Source: Eubacteriales bacterium (lineage in GTDB: Bacteria > Bacillota > Clostridia > Oscillospirales > Feifaniaceae). Taken from it: 64,000 nucleotides of DNA. Below the pieces are notes generated by a model. That model did not search any database. It saw nothing but the letters and a program-made list of their open reading frames with translations, and had not been told where the DNA came from. Position numbers and translations under genes: made by a program. The stretch is taken from positions 1,007 through 65,006 of the forward strand of contig JAVBPR010000013.1 in assembly GCA_031549485.1 (NCBI GenBank), read 5' to 3'. This document shows, one piece after another, positions 9,103 to 20,570 of the stretch (within the stretch, counting starts at the first letter, position 1; each line of letters begins with the position of its first letter).

Positions 9103-9591
9103 ATGAAAAAAGTTGCGATAGTTATGGGGAGCGACAGCGATTATAAAACGATGCAGGCGTGCGAAAACAAACTCGCCGAGTTTGGCGTTCCCTTTAAAAC
9201 GAGGGTGATTTCCGCGCACAGAACGCCGGATATAGCGGCGGAATTTTCGAAAAATGCCATCAATGATGGATACGGAGTTATAATCAGCGCGGCGGGAAAA
9301 GCAGCTCATTTGGGCGGAGTTTTGGCGGCGCACACAACGATTCCGGTTATCGGCGTGCCGATAAAAAGTTCGACGCTTGACGGTCTTGACGCACTTCTCG
9401 CAACCGTGCAGATGCCAAGCGGCGTTCCGGTTGCGACCGTTGCGATCGACGGCGCGGAAAACGCGGCTATTTTAGCGGTTCAGATTCTTGCTACCGAAGA
9501 TACCTCTCTTGCGGAAAAACTTAAAAATTTCAAAATTTCGATGCGCGATGCCGTAATGAAAAAAGATAAAGAATTCAGCGAAAAAGCGTAA
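9103..9591 (+). CDS. purE: 5-(carboxyamino)imidazole ribonucleotide mutase (class I PurE)
   Basis: [43 protein letters not shown] is the class I PurE signature. The start was trimmed to the ATG after AGAGGAG. Confidence 0.95.
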   Translation: MKKVAIVMGSDSDYKTMQACENKLAEFGVPFKTRVISAHRTPDIAAEFSKNAINDGYGVIISAAGKAAHLGGVLAAHTTIPVIGVPIKSSTLDGLDALLATVQMPSGVPVATVAIDGAENAAILAVQILATEDTSLAEKLKNFKISMRDAVMKKDKEFSEKA

Positions 9592-9648
9592 GAAAGTTTC
9601 TTTATGACGCGAAAAAGCGGACAAATAAAACGATTTGTAGGAGATAAG

Positions 9649-10689
9649 ATGATAAACAGCCAAAGCGAAAGCTATAAAAATGCCGGCGTTGACGTTGTCG
9701 CGGGATACCGCTCCGTAGAGCTCATTAAAAAGCATATCGCAAAGACTATGATTCCGGGGGTTATTAGCGGAATCGGCGGCTTCGGCGGCTTGTTTGAGCT
9801 TGACCTTTCAGGTTATACGAACCCGGTTTTGGTCAGCGGAACCGACGGGGTTGGAACAAAGCTGAAAATCGCTTTTTTGACAGATAAGCACGACACGGTC
9901 GGTCAGGACTGCGTTGCGATGTGCGTAAATGATATCGTCTGTGCCGGGGCAAAGCCTCTCTTTTTCCTTGACTATATCGCAACCGGCAAAAATATCCCCG
10001 AGAAAATCGAGAGTATAGTTAAAGGCGTAGCAGACGGTTGTGAAAAAGCCGGTTGCGCTTTAGTCGGCGGCGAAACTGCCGAAATGCCCGGTTTTTATGC
10101 CGAGGGCGAATATGACATGGCCGGTTTTTCGGTCGGCATTGTCGAAAAAAGCAAGATAATCGACGGAAGTAAAATCGAGGAAAATGACGTTATAATCGCG
10201 GTAAAAAGCAGCGGTATTCACAGTAACGGGTTTTCGCTTGTCCGCAAGATTTTCTCGGTAAACGAAGCTACTCTTAGTGAATATGTCGATATTTTGGGCG
10301 GAACTTTGGGCAGCGCCCTTTTAGAGCCGACAAAAATCTATGTAAAACCGATTTTATCGCTTATTGAAAATGTCGAGGTAAAAGGCATTTCAAATATTAC
10401 CGGCGGCGGATTTTATGAAAATATTCCGCGTTGCTTCCCGGAAGGGTTCAGCGCCGAAATAGAATACGAAAAGGTAAGGGTTTTGCCGATATTCGAACTT
10501 ATGCAGCAAACCGGAAATGTTCCGCTTCGCGATATGTTCAACACCTTTAATATGGGCGTCGGAATGGTTGTCGTAACCTCGAAAGAAAACGCGCAAAGCG
10601 CGATTAGCCATCTGGCCGAAATGGGCGAGGAAGCCTATGAAATCGGGCGCGTTGTAAAAGGCGGGCACGAGGTTTTGATGAATCTATGA
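9649..10689 (+). CDS. purM: Phosphoribosylformylglycinamidine cyclo-ligase (AIR synthetase)
   Basis: [30 protein letters not shown] is the PurM signature. The start was trimmed to the ATG after TAGGAG. Confidence 0.95.
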   Translation: MINSQSESYKNAGVDVVAGYRSVELIKKHIAKTMIPGVISGIGGFGGLFELDLSGYTNPVLVSGTDGVGTKLKIAFLTDKHDTVGQDCVAMCVNDIVCAGAKPLFFLDYIATGKNIPEKIESIVKGVADGCEKAGCALVGGETAEMPGFYAEGEYDMAGFSVGIVEKSKIIDGSKIEENDVIIAVKSSGIHSNGFSLVRKIFSVNEATLSEYVDILGGTLGSALLEPTKIYVKPILSLIENVEVKGISNITGGGFYENIPRCFPEGFSAEIEYEKVRVLPIFELMQQTGNVPLRDMFNTFNMGVGMVVVTSKENAQSAISHLAEMGEEAYEIGRVVKGGHEVLMNL

Positions 10690-11276
10690 AAAAAATAGCG
10701 GTACTTGTTTCGGGCGGCGGCACGAACCTTCAGGCGCTTATCGATTCCGGCATTCAAATATCGCTTGTCCTTTCAAGCAAAACCGACGCTTTTGCGCTCG
10801 AGCGGGCAAAGGCGGCGGGGATAAAAACCGCGGTTGTCCTGCGCGGAGAAAACTTTGAAAACGAGATAACCGAAGTTTTGACAAAAGAAGAAATCGAGCT
10901 TATTGTGCTTGCCGGTTTTATGAGCGTTTTAAGCGAAAATTTCGTGAAAAAATTTGAAAATAAAATTATAAACGTTCACCCGTCGCTTATCCCCGCGTTT
11001 TGCGGAGACGGATTTTACGGCCTGCGCGTTCACAAAGCCGCGCTTGAGCGAGGGGTTAAAATAACCGGCGCTACGGTGCACTTTGTAAATGAGATAACCG
11101 ACGGCGGACCGATAATTTTGCAAAAGACGGTTGCGGTACTTGATGGCGACACCCCCGAAACCCTGCAAAAAAGGGTGATGGAAGAGGCGGAGTGGGTAAT
11201 CCTGCCGCAGGCGGTCAAGATGTTTTGCGATGATAAAATTAAAATAGAAAACGGTATTGTAAAAGAAAGGAAATAA
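10686..11276 (+). CDS. purN: Phosphoribosylglycinamide formyltransferase
   Basis: [36 protein letters not shown] is the PurN signature. It overlaps the purM stop. Confidence 0.95.
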   Translation: MKKIAVLVSGGGTNLQALIDSGIQISLVLSSKTDAFALERAKAAGIKTAVVLRGENFENEITEVLTKEEIELIVLAGFMSVLSENFVKKFENKIINVHPSLIPAFCGDGFYGLRVHKAALERGVKITGATVHFVNEITDGGPIILQKTVAVLDGDTPETLQKRVMEEAEWVILPQAVKMFCDDKIKIENGIVKERK

Positions 11277-11277
11277 G

Positions 11278-12819
11278 ATGAAAAAACGCGCGCTGATTAG
11301 TGTTTCGGACAAGACAGGTGTTGTCGAATTTGCCAAAAACCTTGTTAAAAACGGATTTGAAATCATTTCCACCGGCGGAACTGCAAAAGCTTTGGCAGAC
11401 GAGGGCGTAAATGTTATCGGAATTTCGGAGATTACCGGTTTTCCCGAATGCCTTGACGGAAGAGTAAAAACTTTGCATCCGGCAGTTCACGCGGGCGTTC
11501 TCGCCATGCGCGACAACAAAGAGCATATGGAGCAGCTGCAGGAACTCGGAATCAACACTATCGACATCGTCGCGATAAATCTTTATCCTTTCAAAGCGAC
11601 AATAGCAAAACCGAATGTGGAATTTGAGGACGCAATCGAAAATATCGATATCGGCGGTCCGACCATGATACGCGCCGCCGCGAAAAACTGGCAGGATGTC
11701 GCGGTTATCGTAAATCCCGAGGATTATGAAATTGTAATCGCTGAAATCATTAGCGGCGAAATAAGGAAAGAAACAAAAGCTCGTCTTGCGAGAGCTGTTT
11801 TTTCCCACACTTCGGCATACGACACCATGATTTCAAACTGGCTTGCAAAAAAAGCGGGCGATCCGCTTTTCCCTGATGAGTTTTCGGTTACATACGAAAA
11901 GGTTCAGGAGATGCGTTACGGCGAAAATCCGCATCAGCAAGCGGCTTTTTATAAAGAAATCGGCGACACTCCGGGAAGCCTTGCAAAGGCAAAACAGCTC
12001 GGAGGCAAAGAGCTTTCTTTCAATAATATAAACGATACAAACGGCGCGCTGATGTGCCTTAAGGAATTTGCCGAGCCGTGCGTTGTCGGAGTAAAACATG
12101 CAAATCCTTGCGGCGTGGGCGTTGCAGACAATATTTATGATGCCTATATAAAAGCATATGAAGCGGATCCGGTTTCGATCTTCGGCGGAATTGTTGCCGC
12201 TAACAGGGAAATAGACGGTAAAACGGCGGAAGAGCTTGTTAAGATTTTTCTAGAAATCGTCATTGCGCCGAGCTTTACAAAAGAGGCGCTTGAAATCCTG
12301 TCGCAAAAGAAAAATCTTCGCGTTTTGGAGCTTTCGGATATTATGGCGCAACCGCCGAAAAACGATCTCGATATGAAAAAAGTTTATGGCGGGCTTCTTG
12401 TGCAGCAGCTTGATACTTCGGTATATGAGGAAGAGAATTTCAAAGTTGTCACAAAGAGAGCGCCGTCCGAAGATGAGCTAAAGCAGCTTAAAATGGCTAT
12501 GCGCGTAGTAAAACACGTTAAAAGCAACGGCGTTTGTCTTGTAAAAGACAATGCGACGGTAGGCGTCGGTCCCGGGCAGACAAACAGAATTACAGCTCTG
12601 GAGCTCGCAATCAAATATGCCGGCGAAAAAGCAAACGGCTCGGTAATGGGCTCGGACGCGTTCTTCCCGTTTTCTGATTGTGTTTTAGCTGCGGCGGAGG
12701 CGGGGATAACCGCAATAATCCAGCCGGGCGGTTCGATTCGCGATGAAGATTCGATAAAAGCGTGCGATGAAAACGGTATCGCGATGATATTCACAGGGGA
12801 AAGACATTTCAAACATTAA
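11278..12819 (+). CDS. purH: Bifunctional AICAR transformylase / IMP cyclohydrolase
   Basis: 513 aa. [38 protein letters not shown] is the PurH signature. Confidence 0.96.
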   Translation: MKKRALISVSDKTGVVEFAKNLVKNGFEIISTGGTAKALADEGVNVIGISEITGFPECLDGRVKTLHPAVHAGVLAMRDNKEHMEQLQELGINTIDIVAINLYPFKATIAKPNVEFEDAIENIDIGGPTMIRAAAKNWQDVAVIVNPEDYEIVIAEIISGEIRKETKARLARAVFSHTSAYDTMISNWLAKKAGDPLFPDEFSVTYEKVQEMRYGENPHQQAAFYKEIGDTPGSLAKAKQLGGKELSFNNINDTNGALMCLKEFAEPCVVGVKHANPCGVGVADNIYDAYIKAYEADPVSIFGGIVAANREIDGKTAEELVKIFLEIVIAPSFTKEALEILSQKKNLRVLELSDIMAQPPKNDLDMKKVYGGLLVQQLDTSVYEEENFKVVTKRAPSEDELKQLKMAMRVVKHVKSNGVCLVKDNATVGVGPGQTNRITALELAIKYAGEKANGSVMGSDAFFPFSDCVLAAAEAGITAIIQPGGSIRDEDSIKACDENGIAMIFTGERHFKH

Positions 12820-12836
12820 GTTAAGGCGGGTTTAGG

Positions 12837-14096
12837 ATGAAAGTTCTTGTTGTCGGCGGCGGCGGACGCGAGCACGCGATTTGCCGCGCGCTAGCAAAAA
12901 GCAAAAAAGTTGATAAATTATTTGCCGCGCCGGGAAATGCCGGAATCGCGGAGGTTGCACAGTGTGTGCCGATAAAGGCGACCGACATTGAGGGCGTTTT
13001 GGCTTTCGCGCTCGAAAATGAAATCGGCATGGTAGTTGTCGCGCCGGATGATCCGCTATATCTCGGTATGGTGGACGCTTTAAACGAAGCGGGCATCCGC
13101 GCTTTCGGCCCGACGAAAAACGCCGCCGAAATTGAGGGAAGCAAGATTTTCGCAAAAGAACTAATGAAAAAATACGAAATTCCCACCGCTGCTTTTGAAA
13201 AATTTTCGGATGCCGGTACGGCAAAGGCTTTTATCGATACGCTGACGCCGCCGATTGTCGTGAAAGCGGATGGGCTTGCTCTCGGAAAAGGCGTTATAAT
13301 TGCGGCAAGCAGGGAAGAAGCGCATAAAGCTATTGAAGATATGATGGAAAACAAGGCTTTCGGCGACGCGGGAAGCAGAGTAGTTATAGAAGAATTTTTG
13401 GAAGGCCCGGAAGTTTCTATTCTCGCGTTTTGCGACGGTAAAACGGTAAAACCGATGATTTCGGCGCAGGATCATAAGCGTGCGCTGGATAATGACATGG
13501 GCAAAAATACTGGGGGAATGGGCACCTTTTCAAACAGCCGGATTTACACGCCCGAAATCGCAAAAGAATGCGAAGAAAAGATATTTTTGCCGACCGTTGC
13601 GGCGATGGAAAAAGAGGGACGCCCTTTTAAAGGAGTGCTCTATTTCGGGCTGATGATAACAAAGGACGGTCCGAAAGTAATCGAATATAACGCGAGATTC
13701 GGAGATCCCGAAACGCAGGTTATTTTGCCGCGTATGAAAAGTGATTTATTCGATATTTTCACTGCGGTAATAGACGGAACTCTCGCGGAAACAAGCGTGG
13801 AATTCGATGAAAATTATGCGGTTTGCGTAATTATGGCGTCGGGCGGATATCCCGAAAAATACGAAACCGGATTTGAAATTTCCGGGATTGGCGACGCGGA
13901 AGATTGCGGCGCGATAATTTATCATTCCGGAACAAAATCGGAAAACGGAAAAATCCTGACGAGCGGCGGCCGGGTTCTCGGTGTTACCGCGCTCGGGCAA
14001 AGCATAGAAAAAGCGCGCGAAAAGGCATATGAATGCGTTTCGAAAATCAGCTTTCACGGCGCGCATTACAGAAAAGATATCGGAATTAAAAAATAA
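12837..14096 (+). CDS. purD: Phosphoribosylamine-glycine ligase
   Basis: 419 aa. MKVLVVGGGGREHAI..APGNAG..VVKADGLALGKGV..EYNARFGDPETQ is the PurD signature. Confidence 0.96.
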   Translation: MKVLVVGGGGREHAICRALAKSKKVDKLFAAPGNAGIAEVAQCVPIKATDIEGVLAFALENEIGMVVVAPDDPLYLGMVDALNEAGIRAFGPTKNAAEIEGSKIFAKELMKKYEIPTAAFEKFSDAGTAKAFIDTLTPPIVVKADGLALGKGVIIAASREEAHKAIEDMMENKAFGDAGSRVVIEEFLEGPEVSILAFCDGKTVKPMISAQDHKRALDNDMGKNTGGMGTFSNSRIYTPEIAKECEEKIFLPTVAAMEKEGRPFKGVLYFGLMITKDGPKVIEYNARFGDPETQVILPRMKSDLFDIFTAVIDGTLAETSVEFDENYAVCVIMASGGYPEKYETGFEISGIGDAEDCGAIIYHSGTKSENGKILTSGGRVLGVTALGQSIEKAREKAYECVSKISFHGAHYRKDIGIKK

Positions 14097-14131
14097 AATT
14101 CGAGATAAAAATCAAGAAAAGGAAGTGCGAA

Positions 14132-15412
14132 ATGCTCACAGCTATTGTCGGTGTTAATTGGGGAGACGAGGGAAAGGGAAGAATGGTCGACCTTTTGTCC
14201 GAAAAGCAGGATATTGTTGTTCGCTATCAGGGCGGCAATAACGCGGGACATACGGTAATAAACCACCTCGGAAAATTTATACTTAATCTTTTGCCGTCGG
14301 GAATTCTCCGCCCCGAGATAACGAATGTTATGGGAACCGGCATGGTAATCGACATAGAGCATCTCGCAGGCGAGATAGACAGGCTTCGCGGCGCGGGCGT
14401 CGAAATAACCCCGAAAAATCTTAAAATCAGCGAAAAAGCTATAATTTGCATGCCGTATCACGTAAGGCTCGATAAGCTCGAGGAGGCGCGTCTGAAGGAC
14501 GCTAAGTACGGTTCAACCCAAAGGGGTATCGCTCCGGTTTACGCGGATAAATACCTCAAAAAAGGAATAAGAACGGGCGACCTTTTTGAGTGGGACAATC
14601 TTGTCGCAAAGGCGAAAAACATTTTGGCATATAAAAACCTGACGATAACAGGGGTTTACGGAGCCGAGCCGTCTTCGGAGGAAGAGACGATTGCCTGGCT
14701 GAAAAAATTCGGCGATATTATAAAACCGTTTATTTGCAACACTTCGGAGTTTCTTGAAAAGGCGGAAGAGCAGGGCAAAAAAATCATGTTCGAGGCTCAG
14801 CTCGGCGCGCTTCGCGATATTGATTACGGAATATATCCCTATACCTCGTCTTCGTCGACAATTGCGGCATATGCGCCCATCGGCGCGGGCGTTCCGCAGT
14901 ATAAAATCGACAATACTATCGGCGTTGTAAAAGCGTATTCTTCCTGTGTCGGCGAAGGGCCGTTTACCTGCGAGATGTTCGGGGAAGAGGCGGAGCAGCT
15001 TCGCGAAGCGGGCGGCGAATATGGCGCGGCGACAGGTAGGCCGAGAAGAGTAGGCGGATTTGACGTTGTAGCTTCAAGATACGGCGTGAAAGCCCAGGGC
15101 GCAGACGAAATCGCCCTTACAAAAATGGATGTTCTTTCTTATCTTGAAAAAATCCCGGTTTGCGTCGCTTATGACGTTGATGGCGAGGTTTTAAACGATT
15201 TTCCGATAGGACTTAAACTTACAAAAGCAAAACCTGTCATTGAATATTTTGACGGCTGGAAATGCGATATCAGCGGATGCCGAAAGTTCGACGAGCTTCC
15301 GGCCGCCGCGCGCGAATACGTCGCGTTTATCGAAAAAGCTATAGGCGCAAAAGTTACATACGTCTCGGTCGGAGCCGAGCGCGATGCATATATAGAGAGA
15401 AGGGGCGAGTAA
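14132..15412 (+). CDS. purA: Adenylosuccinate synthetase
   Basis: 426 aa. [35 protein letters not shown] is the PurA signature. Confidence 0.96.
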   Translation: MLTAIVGVNWGDEGKGRMVDLLSEKQDIVVRYQGGNNAGHTVINHLGKFILNLLPSGILRPEITNVMGTGMVIDIEHLAGEIDRLRGAGVEITPKNLKISEKAIICMPYHVRLDKLEEARLKDAKYGSTQRGIAPVYADKYLKKGIRTGDLFEWDNLVAKAKNILAYKNLTITGVYGAEPSSEEETIAWLKKFGDIIKPFICNTSEFLEKAEEQGKKIMFEAQLGALRDIDYGIYPYTSSSSTIAAYAPIGAGVPQYKIDNTIGVVKAYSSCVGEGPFTCEMFGEEAEQLREAGGEYGAATGRPRRVGGFDVVASRYGVKAQGADEIALTKMDVLSYLEKIPVCVAYDVDGEVLNDFPIGLKLTKAKPVIEYFDGWKCDISGCRKFDELPAAAREYVAFIEKAIGAKVTYVSVGAERDAYIERRGE

Positions 15413-15413
15413 A

Positions 15414-17015
15414 ATGACCGAGAAAAAATATATCTTTGTTACCGGAGGCGTTGTTTCCGGGCTTGGAAAGGGAATTACGGCGGCCTCGATGGGCAGGCTG
15501 TTAAAAGCGCGCGGTCTAAAGGTCGTCGCCCAGAAACTTGATCCCTATATAAATGTCGATCCGGGAACAATGAACCCGCAGGAACACGGCGAGGTTTTCG
15601 TTACCGAGGACGGCGCCGAAACAGATCTTGATGTCGGGCACTACGAGAGATTTATCGATGAAAACCTCAATAAATTTTCGAATATAACATCGGGAAAAAT
15701 CTATTGGAATGTTCTTAATAAAGAGCGCCAAGGGGCATATCCCGGCGAGACGGTTCAGGTCATTCCGCATATCACAAATGAAATAAAAAGATTTATATAC
15801 AGCGTCGGCGAAGAGAGCGATGCGGATATAATTATCAGTGAAATCGGCGGCACGGTCGGCGATATCGAAAGCCAGCCGTTTTTGGAAGCGGCACGTCAAA
15901 TTTCGCTCGAAGTCGGCAAACATAACAGCCTTTTTGTTCATGTTACCCTTGTTCCTTATGTCAGCGGAAGCAACGAGCAAAAAAGCAAGCCGACGCAGCA
16001 TTCGGTAAAAGAACTTCGCTCGCTCGGAATCAGCCCCGATATCATTGTTGCGAGATGTGATTTTCCGCTTGAGCGCAATGTAAAATCAAAAATTTCGCTG
16101 TTTTGTAACGTAAAAGAAGACTGCGTTTTGGAGAACCTCACCGTTCCGGTGCTTTATGAAGCTCCGATAAAACTTGAGGAGCAGAATTTTTCGGGTGTTG
16201 TCTGCCGCGAGCTTCGCATTGACTGTCCGAAGCCCGACCTTACCGAATGGCAGGATATGATAGCCAAAATTAACAAGCGCAACGGCACGGTACAAATTGC
16301 GATTGTCGGCAAATACGTTAAGCTGCATGATGCTTACCTATCTGTCGCTGAGGCGCTGTCCCATGCGGGTTATGAAAACGGCGTGTTTGTAAAAATCAAG
16401 TGGGTTGACAGCGAAGAAATCGAGAAAAAAGGAGCGCAGGCGCTTCTTTCCGATTGTGACGGAATTGTCGTTCCCGGCGGATTCGGAATAAGGGGAGTCG
16501 AGGGAAAAATCGCAGCGGCAAAGTATGCAAGAGAAAATGATGTTCCGTACCTCGGCATCTGCCTTGGAATGCAGGTTGCGGTAATCGATTATGCGCGTAA
16601 TGTCTGCGGTCTCGGCGGCGCGAATTCGACCGAACTTGATAAAGATACAAAAGATAATATTATTGACTTTATGCCGGGCCAGAGCGGTGAGATTCCGATA
16701 GGCGGAACCTTGCGTCTCGGCGCTTATCCGTGCAAAATTACTCCCGGAACCATGATGGAAAAAGCGTACGGCAAAACTATGATAGAGGAAAGGCACCGGC
16801 ACAGATACGAATTTAACAATAATTATCGTGATGCTATTTCGGGCGGAGGAATGATGATTTCCGGCCTTTCGCCCGACGAGCGGATTGTCGAATGCGTTGA
16901 GATTCCGAAAAACAGATTTTTTGTCGGCGTCCAGTTCCATCCGGAACTGAAAAGCCGGCCGAATCGTCCGCATCCATTGTTTATTAAACTTATCGAAGCG
17001 TCAAAACAAAAATAA
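15414..17015 (+). CDS. pyrG: CTP synthase
   Basis: 533 aa. [41 protein letters not shown] is the PyrG signature. It starts 2 nt after the purA stop. Confidence 0.97.
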   Translation: MTEKKYIFVTGGVVSGLGKGITAASMGRLLKARGLKVVAQKLDPYINVDPGTMNPQEHGEVFVTEDGAETDLDVGHYERFIDENLNKFSNITSGKIYWNVLNKERQGAYPGETVQVIPHITNEIKRFIYSVGEESDADIIISEIGGTVGDIESQPFLEAARQISLEVGKHNSLFVHVTLVPYVSGSNEQKSKPTQHSVKELRSLGISPDIIVARCDFPLERNVKSKISLFCNVKEDCVLENLTVPVLYEAPIKLEEQNFSGVVCRELRIDCPKPDLTEWQDMIAKINKRNGTVQIAIVGKYVKLHDAYLSVAEALSHAGYENGVFVKIKWVDSEEIEKKGAQALLSDCDGIVVPGGFGIRGVEGKIAAAKYARENDVPYLGICLGMQVAVIDYARNVCGLGGANSTELDKDTKDNIIDFMPGQSGEIPIGGTLRLGAYPCKITPGTMMEKAYGKTMIEERHRHRYEFNNNYRDAISGGGMMISGLSPDERIVECVEIPKNRFFVGVQFHPELKSRPNRPHPLFIKLIEASKQK

Positions 17016-17022
17016 AAACAAT

Positions 17023-17049
17023 AATCCCCCGGGCAAAACCCGGGGGATT
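17023..17049. terminator. Bidirectional rho-independent terminator (pyrG / SDR gene)
   Basis: AATCCCCCGGGcaaaaCCCGGGGGATT perfect GC-rich hairpin between convergent genes. Confidence 0.8.
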
Positions 17050-17094
17050 ATTATATGCAAAACCCGCTGAAGAGGTTACATTATTTTAGAAAAA

Positions 17095-17793
17095 TCAGAT
17101 AACCATTCCGCCGTTCGGGCTGATTACTTGACCGGTAATAAAATCCGCGTTTTTCGATGCAAGAAATAGAGTAAGGCTGGCAATCTCCTCGGGGGTGCCT
17201 ATACGCCCGAGCGGCGTTTCGGCAATAAGGGCGTTTAGGTCGCTTTCGGATAGGGTTAGCATATCGGTTTTTACAGCTCCGGGGGCAATGGCGTTGACCG
17301 TAATTCCCGAAGGCGCGGCCTCTTTTGCGAGAGCTTTTGTAAAGCCAATGAGCCCTGCTTTGGCGGCGGAATAGACTACTTCGCAGGAAGCACCGCAAAT
17401 TCCCCACATTGAAGAAATGTTTATTATTTTTCCGCTTTTTTGCATTATCATAGCGGGAAGCGCGGCTTTTGCGCAGTAAATTGCCGAAAGAAGATTTGTT
17501 TCGATGTTTACGATAATTTCCTCATCGCCGCAATCGGTGAAAAGTTTCTGCAAAGGTGCGCCGGCATTGTTGATCAAAATATCAACGCTTCCAATTTCGG
17601 AAAACATTTTTGCAACCGCCACAGGATTTGAAACATCGCATTGATAAGTAAGGCAAGAAAGTTCGGCAGCAAGAGCCTGCGCTTTTTCATGGCTTTTGTT
17701 GTAGTTAATTATAACATCATATTCTTTTGAAAATGCTTTGCAAATAGCGGCGCCGATACCTCCCGCGCCTCCCGTAACTAAAACTTTTTTCAT
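17095..17793 (-). CDS. Short-chain dehydrogenase/reductase (FabG-like)
   Basis: 232 aa. It has TGGAGGIG Rossmann motif, NNAG and YSAAK catalytic motifs. Confidence 0.85.
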   Translation of the reverse strand: MKKVLVTGGAGGIGAAICKAFSKEYDVIINYNKSHEKAQALAAELSCLTYQCDVSNPVAVAKMFSEIGSVDILINNAGAPLQKLFTDCGDEEIIVNIETNLLSAIYCAKAALPAMIMQKSGKIINISSMWGICGASCEVVYSAAKAGLIGFTKALAKEAAPSGITVNAIAPGAVKTDMLTLSESDLNALIAETPLGRIGTPEEIASLTLFLASKNADFITGQVISPNGGMVI

Positions 17794-17861
17794 TTTTCCC
17801 TCTTAAATCAAAATGCCAAAAAGTCATGGCATTTATTTTGCTATCATGTTTTTCATACTTT

Positions 17862-18401
17862 TTATAAAGCGCTGCCTTTTTTGGGGACAAAAAGCCTCGA
17901 CATATCAGCACCTTCGAGCTCGAGCAACTTTATTTTTGTATTTATACCGCCCGCGTAACCTGTTAGACTGCCGTTCCCGCCTACAACCCGGTGGCAGGGA
18001 ATAATAATAGAAATGGGATTGTGCCCGACAGCACCGCCCACCGCCTGAGGTGACATGCCGGATTTTCCCGATTTTTTGGCTATCTTTTTTGCGATTTCGC
18101 CATAGGCTATAACCTCGCCATAAGGAATCTCGCATAAAATCTGCCATACTTCGCGGCGGAAATCACTCCCGATAGGTGCAAGGGAAAGTTCCGAGACTTC
18201 GGGTTTTTGCCCCGCAAAATATCGGTCCAGCCATTTTTTTGCGGCAGAGAAAATCGGCAAGCCGCCCTTATCGGTCATCGCTTCTGAAATACTGCCGCCG
18301 TGATATTTTTGCCCCTTTATCCAAAGCCCGACAAGGCTTTCGCCGTCAGAGGCAAGGGTGATAATGCCTACGGGAGAAGAATAGGTTGTCTTAAAATACA
18401 T
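17862..18401 (-). CDS. ogt: Methylated-DNA--protein-cysteine methyltransferase
   Basis: 179 aa. It has the IPCHRVV active-site motif, with upstream YGEIA and downstream GYAGG. Confidence 0.93.
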   Translation of the reverse strand: MYFKTTYSSPVGIITLASDGESLVGLWIKGQKYHGGSISEAMTDKGGLPIFSAAKKWLDRYFAGQKPEVSELSLAPIGSDFRREVWQILCEIPYGEVIAYGEIAKKIAKKSGKSGMSPQAVGGAVGHNPISIIIPCHRVVGGNGSLTGYAGGINTKIKLLELEGADMSRLFVPKKGSAL

Positions 18402-18576
18402 TTTTTCCTCCTACCGCCGGGAAAACCTTCGGCAGAAATTATTTTTTTATCATTATAACATATAAAAACAAAACGCACCTTCGAAAAATTCGAGGTGCAT
18501 TTATAATTTTTATCAACAATTTTACCCCGAATAGCCATGAATCAACTTGTTTGGCAAGAAACACGAAAACAAAAAA

Positions 18577-18600
18577 CGCCTATTTCTATAGAAATAGACG
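18577..18600. terminator. Hairpin terminator downstream of the GNAT gene; a second hairpin lies at 18475-18498
   Basis: CGCCTATTTCtataGAAATAGACG, flanked by A-run and T-run. GCACCT(T)CGAaaaTTCGAGGTGC lies 80 nt further on. Confidence 0.65.
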
Positions 18601-18649
18601 TTTTAGAGCTGGAAGAATATTACAAAAAAGATAAAGCCACCACTAATGC

Positions 18650-19162
18650 TTATTTTGTTCGGCTGTAAAGTAAGTGTATCATTTCTTTCCCTTTATAATT
18701 TTTAACGAACTCTTTTTTTATTGCCATACCGAGCTTTTCAGCAACCTTGCGAGATGACAAATTTTCAGGTCTGATTTGTGCCGTGACTTCATTTAATTTT
18801 AATGTTTCAAACGCATACTTAACACAAGCCAATGCGCTTTCAAGTGCATAACCCTTGTTCCAGTAGTTTTTGTTGTAGATGTAGCCAACACCTGTATATT
18901 TTTCATTGTCCGCTTGTTCGGAAATTAAACCGGTAACGCCAATAAAATCGTTTGTATCTTTTTTTATAACAGCCCAATAGCTATATCCATCTCGGTCATA
19001 TCTCATGATACATTCATCAATCCATTCAGACACTTCTTGATTTGAAAAGGCATGTTCCCACGCATACATAACTTCAATATCTTGTAAAATTGTACATAGA
19101 GATTTATAATCGTCAGCTTGTATTTTTCTCAAATACAAACGGTCCGTGTCCAAAATCGTCAT
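18650..19162 (-). CDS. GNAT family N-acetyltransferase (RimJ/RimL-like)
   Basis: The ORF was trimmed to MTILDTDRLYLRK.. (GGTGAGGA RBS). The longer track ORF would read through tRNA-Gln and its terminator. The DRLYLR start is typical of Acetyltransf_3-type GNATs. Confidence 0.8.
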   Translation of the reverse strand: MTILDTDRLYLRKIQADDYKSLCTILQDIEVMYAWEHAFSNQEVSEWIDECIMRYDRDGYSYWAVIKKDTNDFIGVTGLISEQADNEKYTGVGYIYNKNYWNKGYALESALACVKYAFETLKLNEVTAQIRPENLSSRKVAEKLGMAIKKEFVKNYKGKEMIHLLYSRTK

Positions 19163-19216
19163 ATTGTCCTCACCATAAAATATAAATACTGTGCGCGCTT
19201 TAATTATAACAAAAAC

Positions 19217-19250
19217 TTGCCGATAAAGCGATTTCGGCTTTTTCGGCAAG
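19217..19250 (-). terminator. Terminator downstream of tRNA-Gln
   Basis: CTTGCCGA....TCGGCAAG stem, followed on the minus strand by TTTTTG. Confidence 0.6.
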
Positions 19251-19258
19251 TTTCGACA

Positions 19259-19332
19259 TGGTTGCGGAACTAGGATTCGAACCCAGACAAACAGAGTCAG
19301 AGTCTGTCGTGCTACCTTTACACAATTCCGCA
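19259..19332 (-). tRNA. tRNA-Gln (anticodon CUG)
   Basis: Hand-folded 74-nt cloverleaf. It has a 7-bp acceptor (UGCGGAA/UUCCGCA, U1-A72), a D arm with GG, anticodon stem ACAGA/UCUGU with loop CU-CUG-AC, a T arm CUGGG-UUCGAAU-CCUAG, and an encoded CCA. Confidence 0.9.
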
Positions 19333-19447
19333 GCAACAAAAATAATTATACTATTTTTATAAAAATAGTCAAGCAAAAAATCTATTCATGGGAATTTCTT
19401 TATGATATAATTTGTAAATAAAGAAAGCGGCCGGAGGAAAGGGAACT

Positions 19448-19987
19448 ATGAGCAAAAAGAATTTTGCAAACGCCATTTTCGGGTTTAAAAAAACTGAAGT
19501 TTTCGAATATATTTCCGATTTTAACAGCGAGGCCGAAAGCAAAATCGGGCAAAAAAACGCGGAGATAAAAGAGCTGAAAAAACTTTCGGACAGCCTTTTT
19601 GCCGAAAAAGAAGAGCTGTGCGCGGAAATCTGTAAGATGGAAGAGGAGCTTTCGGAATTTTCGGCGATGAAAGAAGAATTTGTTGCGCTTAAAGAAGAAC
19701 TTGCCGCACTTTCGGAAGAGCTTGAAACTGCCAAAGCAAGCCTTCAAAAACAAGATAACGCAGAGTCTGCAAGTAATAAGAAAGATTTAGCGGAAACAGC
19801 ATCCAAAAAGGCGGAAGAAATAAAAGCCGTTGCTATCGCAAAAATTAAGGCAAAAGAACCTGAACTCCGCAAAGTGGCGGCGGCAAAACGCGCGCCCGCG
19901 CAAGGCGAAATGCTGGAAAACCTAAAAAAGCTATTTAATAATTTGCAGCTGAAGATGAAAGCCGCGCTTGAAGAGAATTTGCGGTAG
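19448..19987 (+). CDS. Coiled-coil protein with a DivIVA/GpsB-like N-terminus (tentative)
   Basis: 179 aa with a strong RBS (GGAGGAAAGGG). The N-terminal F..FGFKKTEVFEYI resembles the DivIVA-domain motif. The rest is E/K/A-rich heptad-like sequence. Confidence 0.4.
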   Translation: MSKKNFANAIFGFKKTEVFEYISDFNSEAESKIGQKNAEIKELKKLSDSLFAEKEELCAEICKMEEELSEFSAMKEEFVALKEELAALSEELETAKASLQKQDNAESASNKKDLAETASKKAEEIKAVAIAKIKAKEPELRKVAAAKRAPAQGEMLENLKKLFNNLQLKMKAALEENLR

Positions 19988-20036
19988 CAATTTTGGGACG
20001 CTTTGGAATAGAGCGGGTTAGGAAAAGTTTTTTTAA

Positions 20037-20570
20037 ATGAAGATAAATATTGAAAATCTCGCGCCTGCGGTAATTCCGGTAGGGGAAGAAGTTTTGCTTT
20101 CCGGAACGGTTTATACAGCAAGGGACGCGGCCCACAAAAAAATATTCGAACTTCTCGAAAAAGGGGAGGCGCTGCCCTTTGAAATTAAAGGCGCATGCAT
20201 CTACTATGCGGGACCGACCGCCGCCGCGCCGGGCAGGATATGCGGCTCTTTCGGACCGACAACTTCGGGAAGAATGGATCCATACACTCCGAGGCTTCTT
20301 GATTTGGGGCTTGCCGCGATGGTCGGCAAGGGCGAGCGCTCGGCTGAAGTTATTGAGGCGATGAAACGCGCGGGCGCGTATTATTTTTGCGCAATAGGTG
20401 GCGCGGGAGCGCTTGCGGCAAGATGTATCACCTCGCTTGAAGTTATCGCTTTCCCGGAGCTCGGACCGGAATCGGTTAAAAAACTGACCTTTGAGAATTT
20501 TCCGGTGATATGCGCGGTCGACAGCGAGGGGAACAATATTTTTGCAAGAGATAAAGCGGAGAATCTATGA
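20037..20570 (+). CDS. Fe-S hydro-lyase beta subunit (class I fumarate hydratase / tartrate dehydratase C-terminal-type)
   Basis: 177 aa. GTVYTARDAAHKK..IYYAGP..GSFGPTTSGRMD..MVGKGERS is the beta-subunit signature. No alpha subunit is adjacent. Confidence 0.8.
   Translation: MKINIENLAPAVIPVGEEVLLSGTVYTARDAAHKKIFELLEKGEALPFEIKGACIYYAGPTAAAPGRICGSFGPTTSGRMDPYTPRLLDLGLAAMVGKGERSAEVIEAMKRAGAYYFCAIGGAGALAARCITSLEVIAFPELGPESVKKLTFENFPVICAVDSEGNNIFARDKAENL

Noticed and set aside
18650-19339. Full 229-aa version of the GNAT ORF
   Set aside because: The N-terminal 59 codons would read through tRNA-Gln and its terminator. An internal ATG with a GGTGAGGA RBS gives the canonical MTILDTDRLYLR GNAT start.
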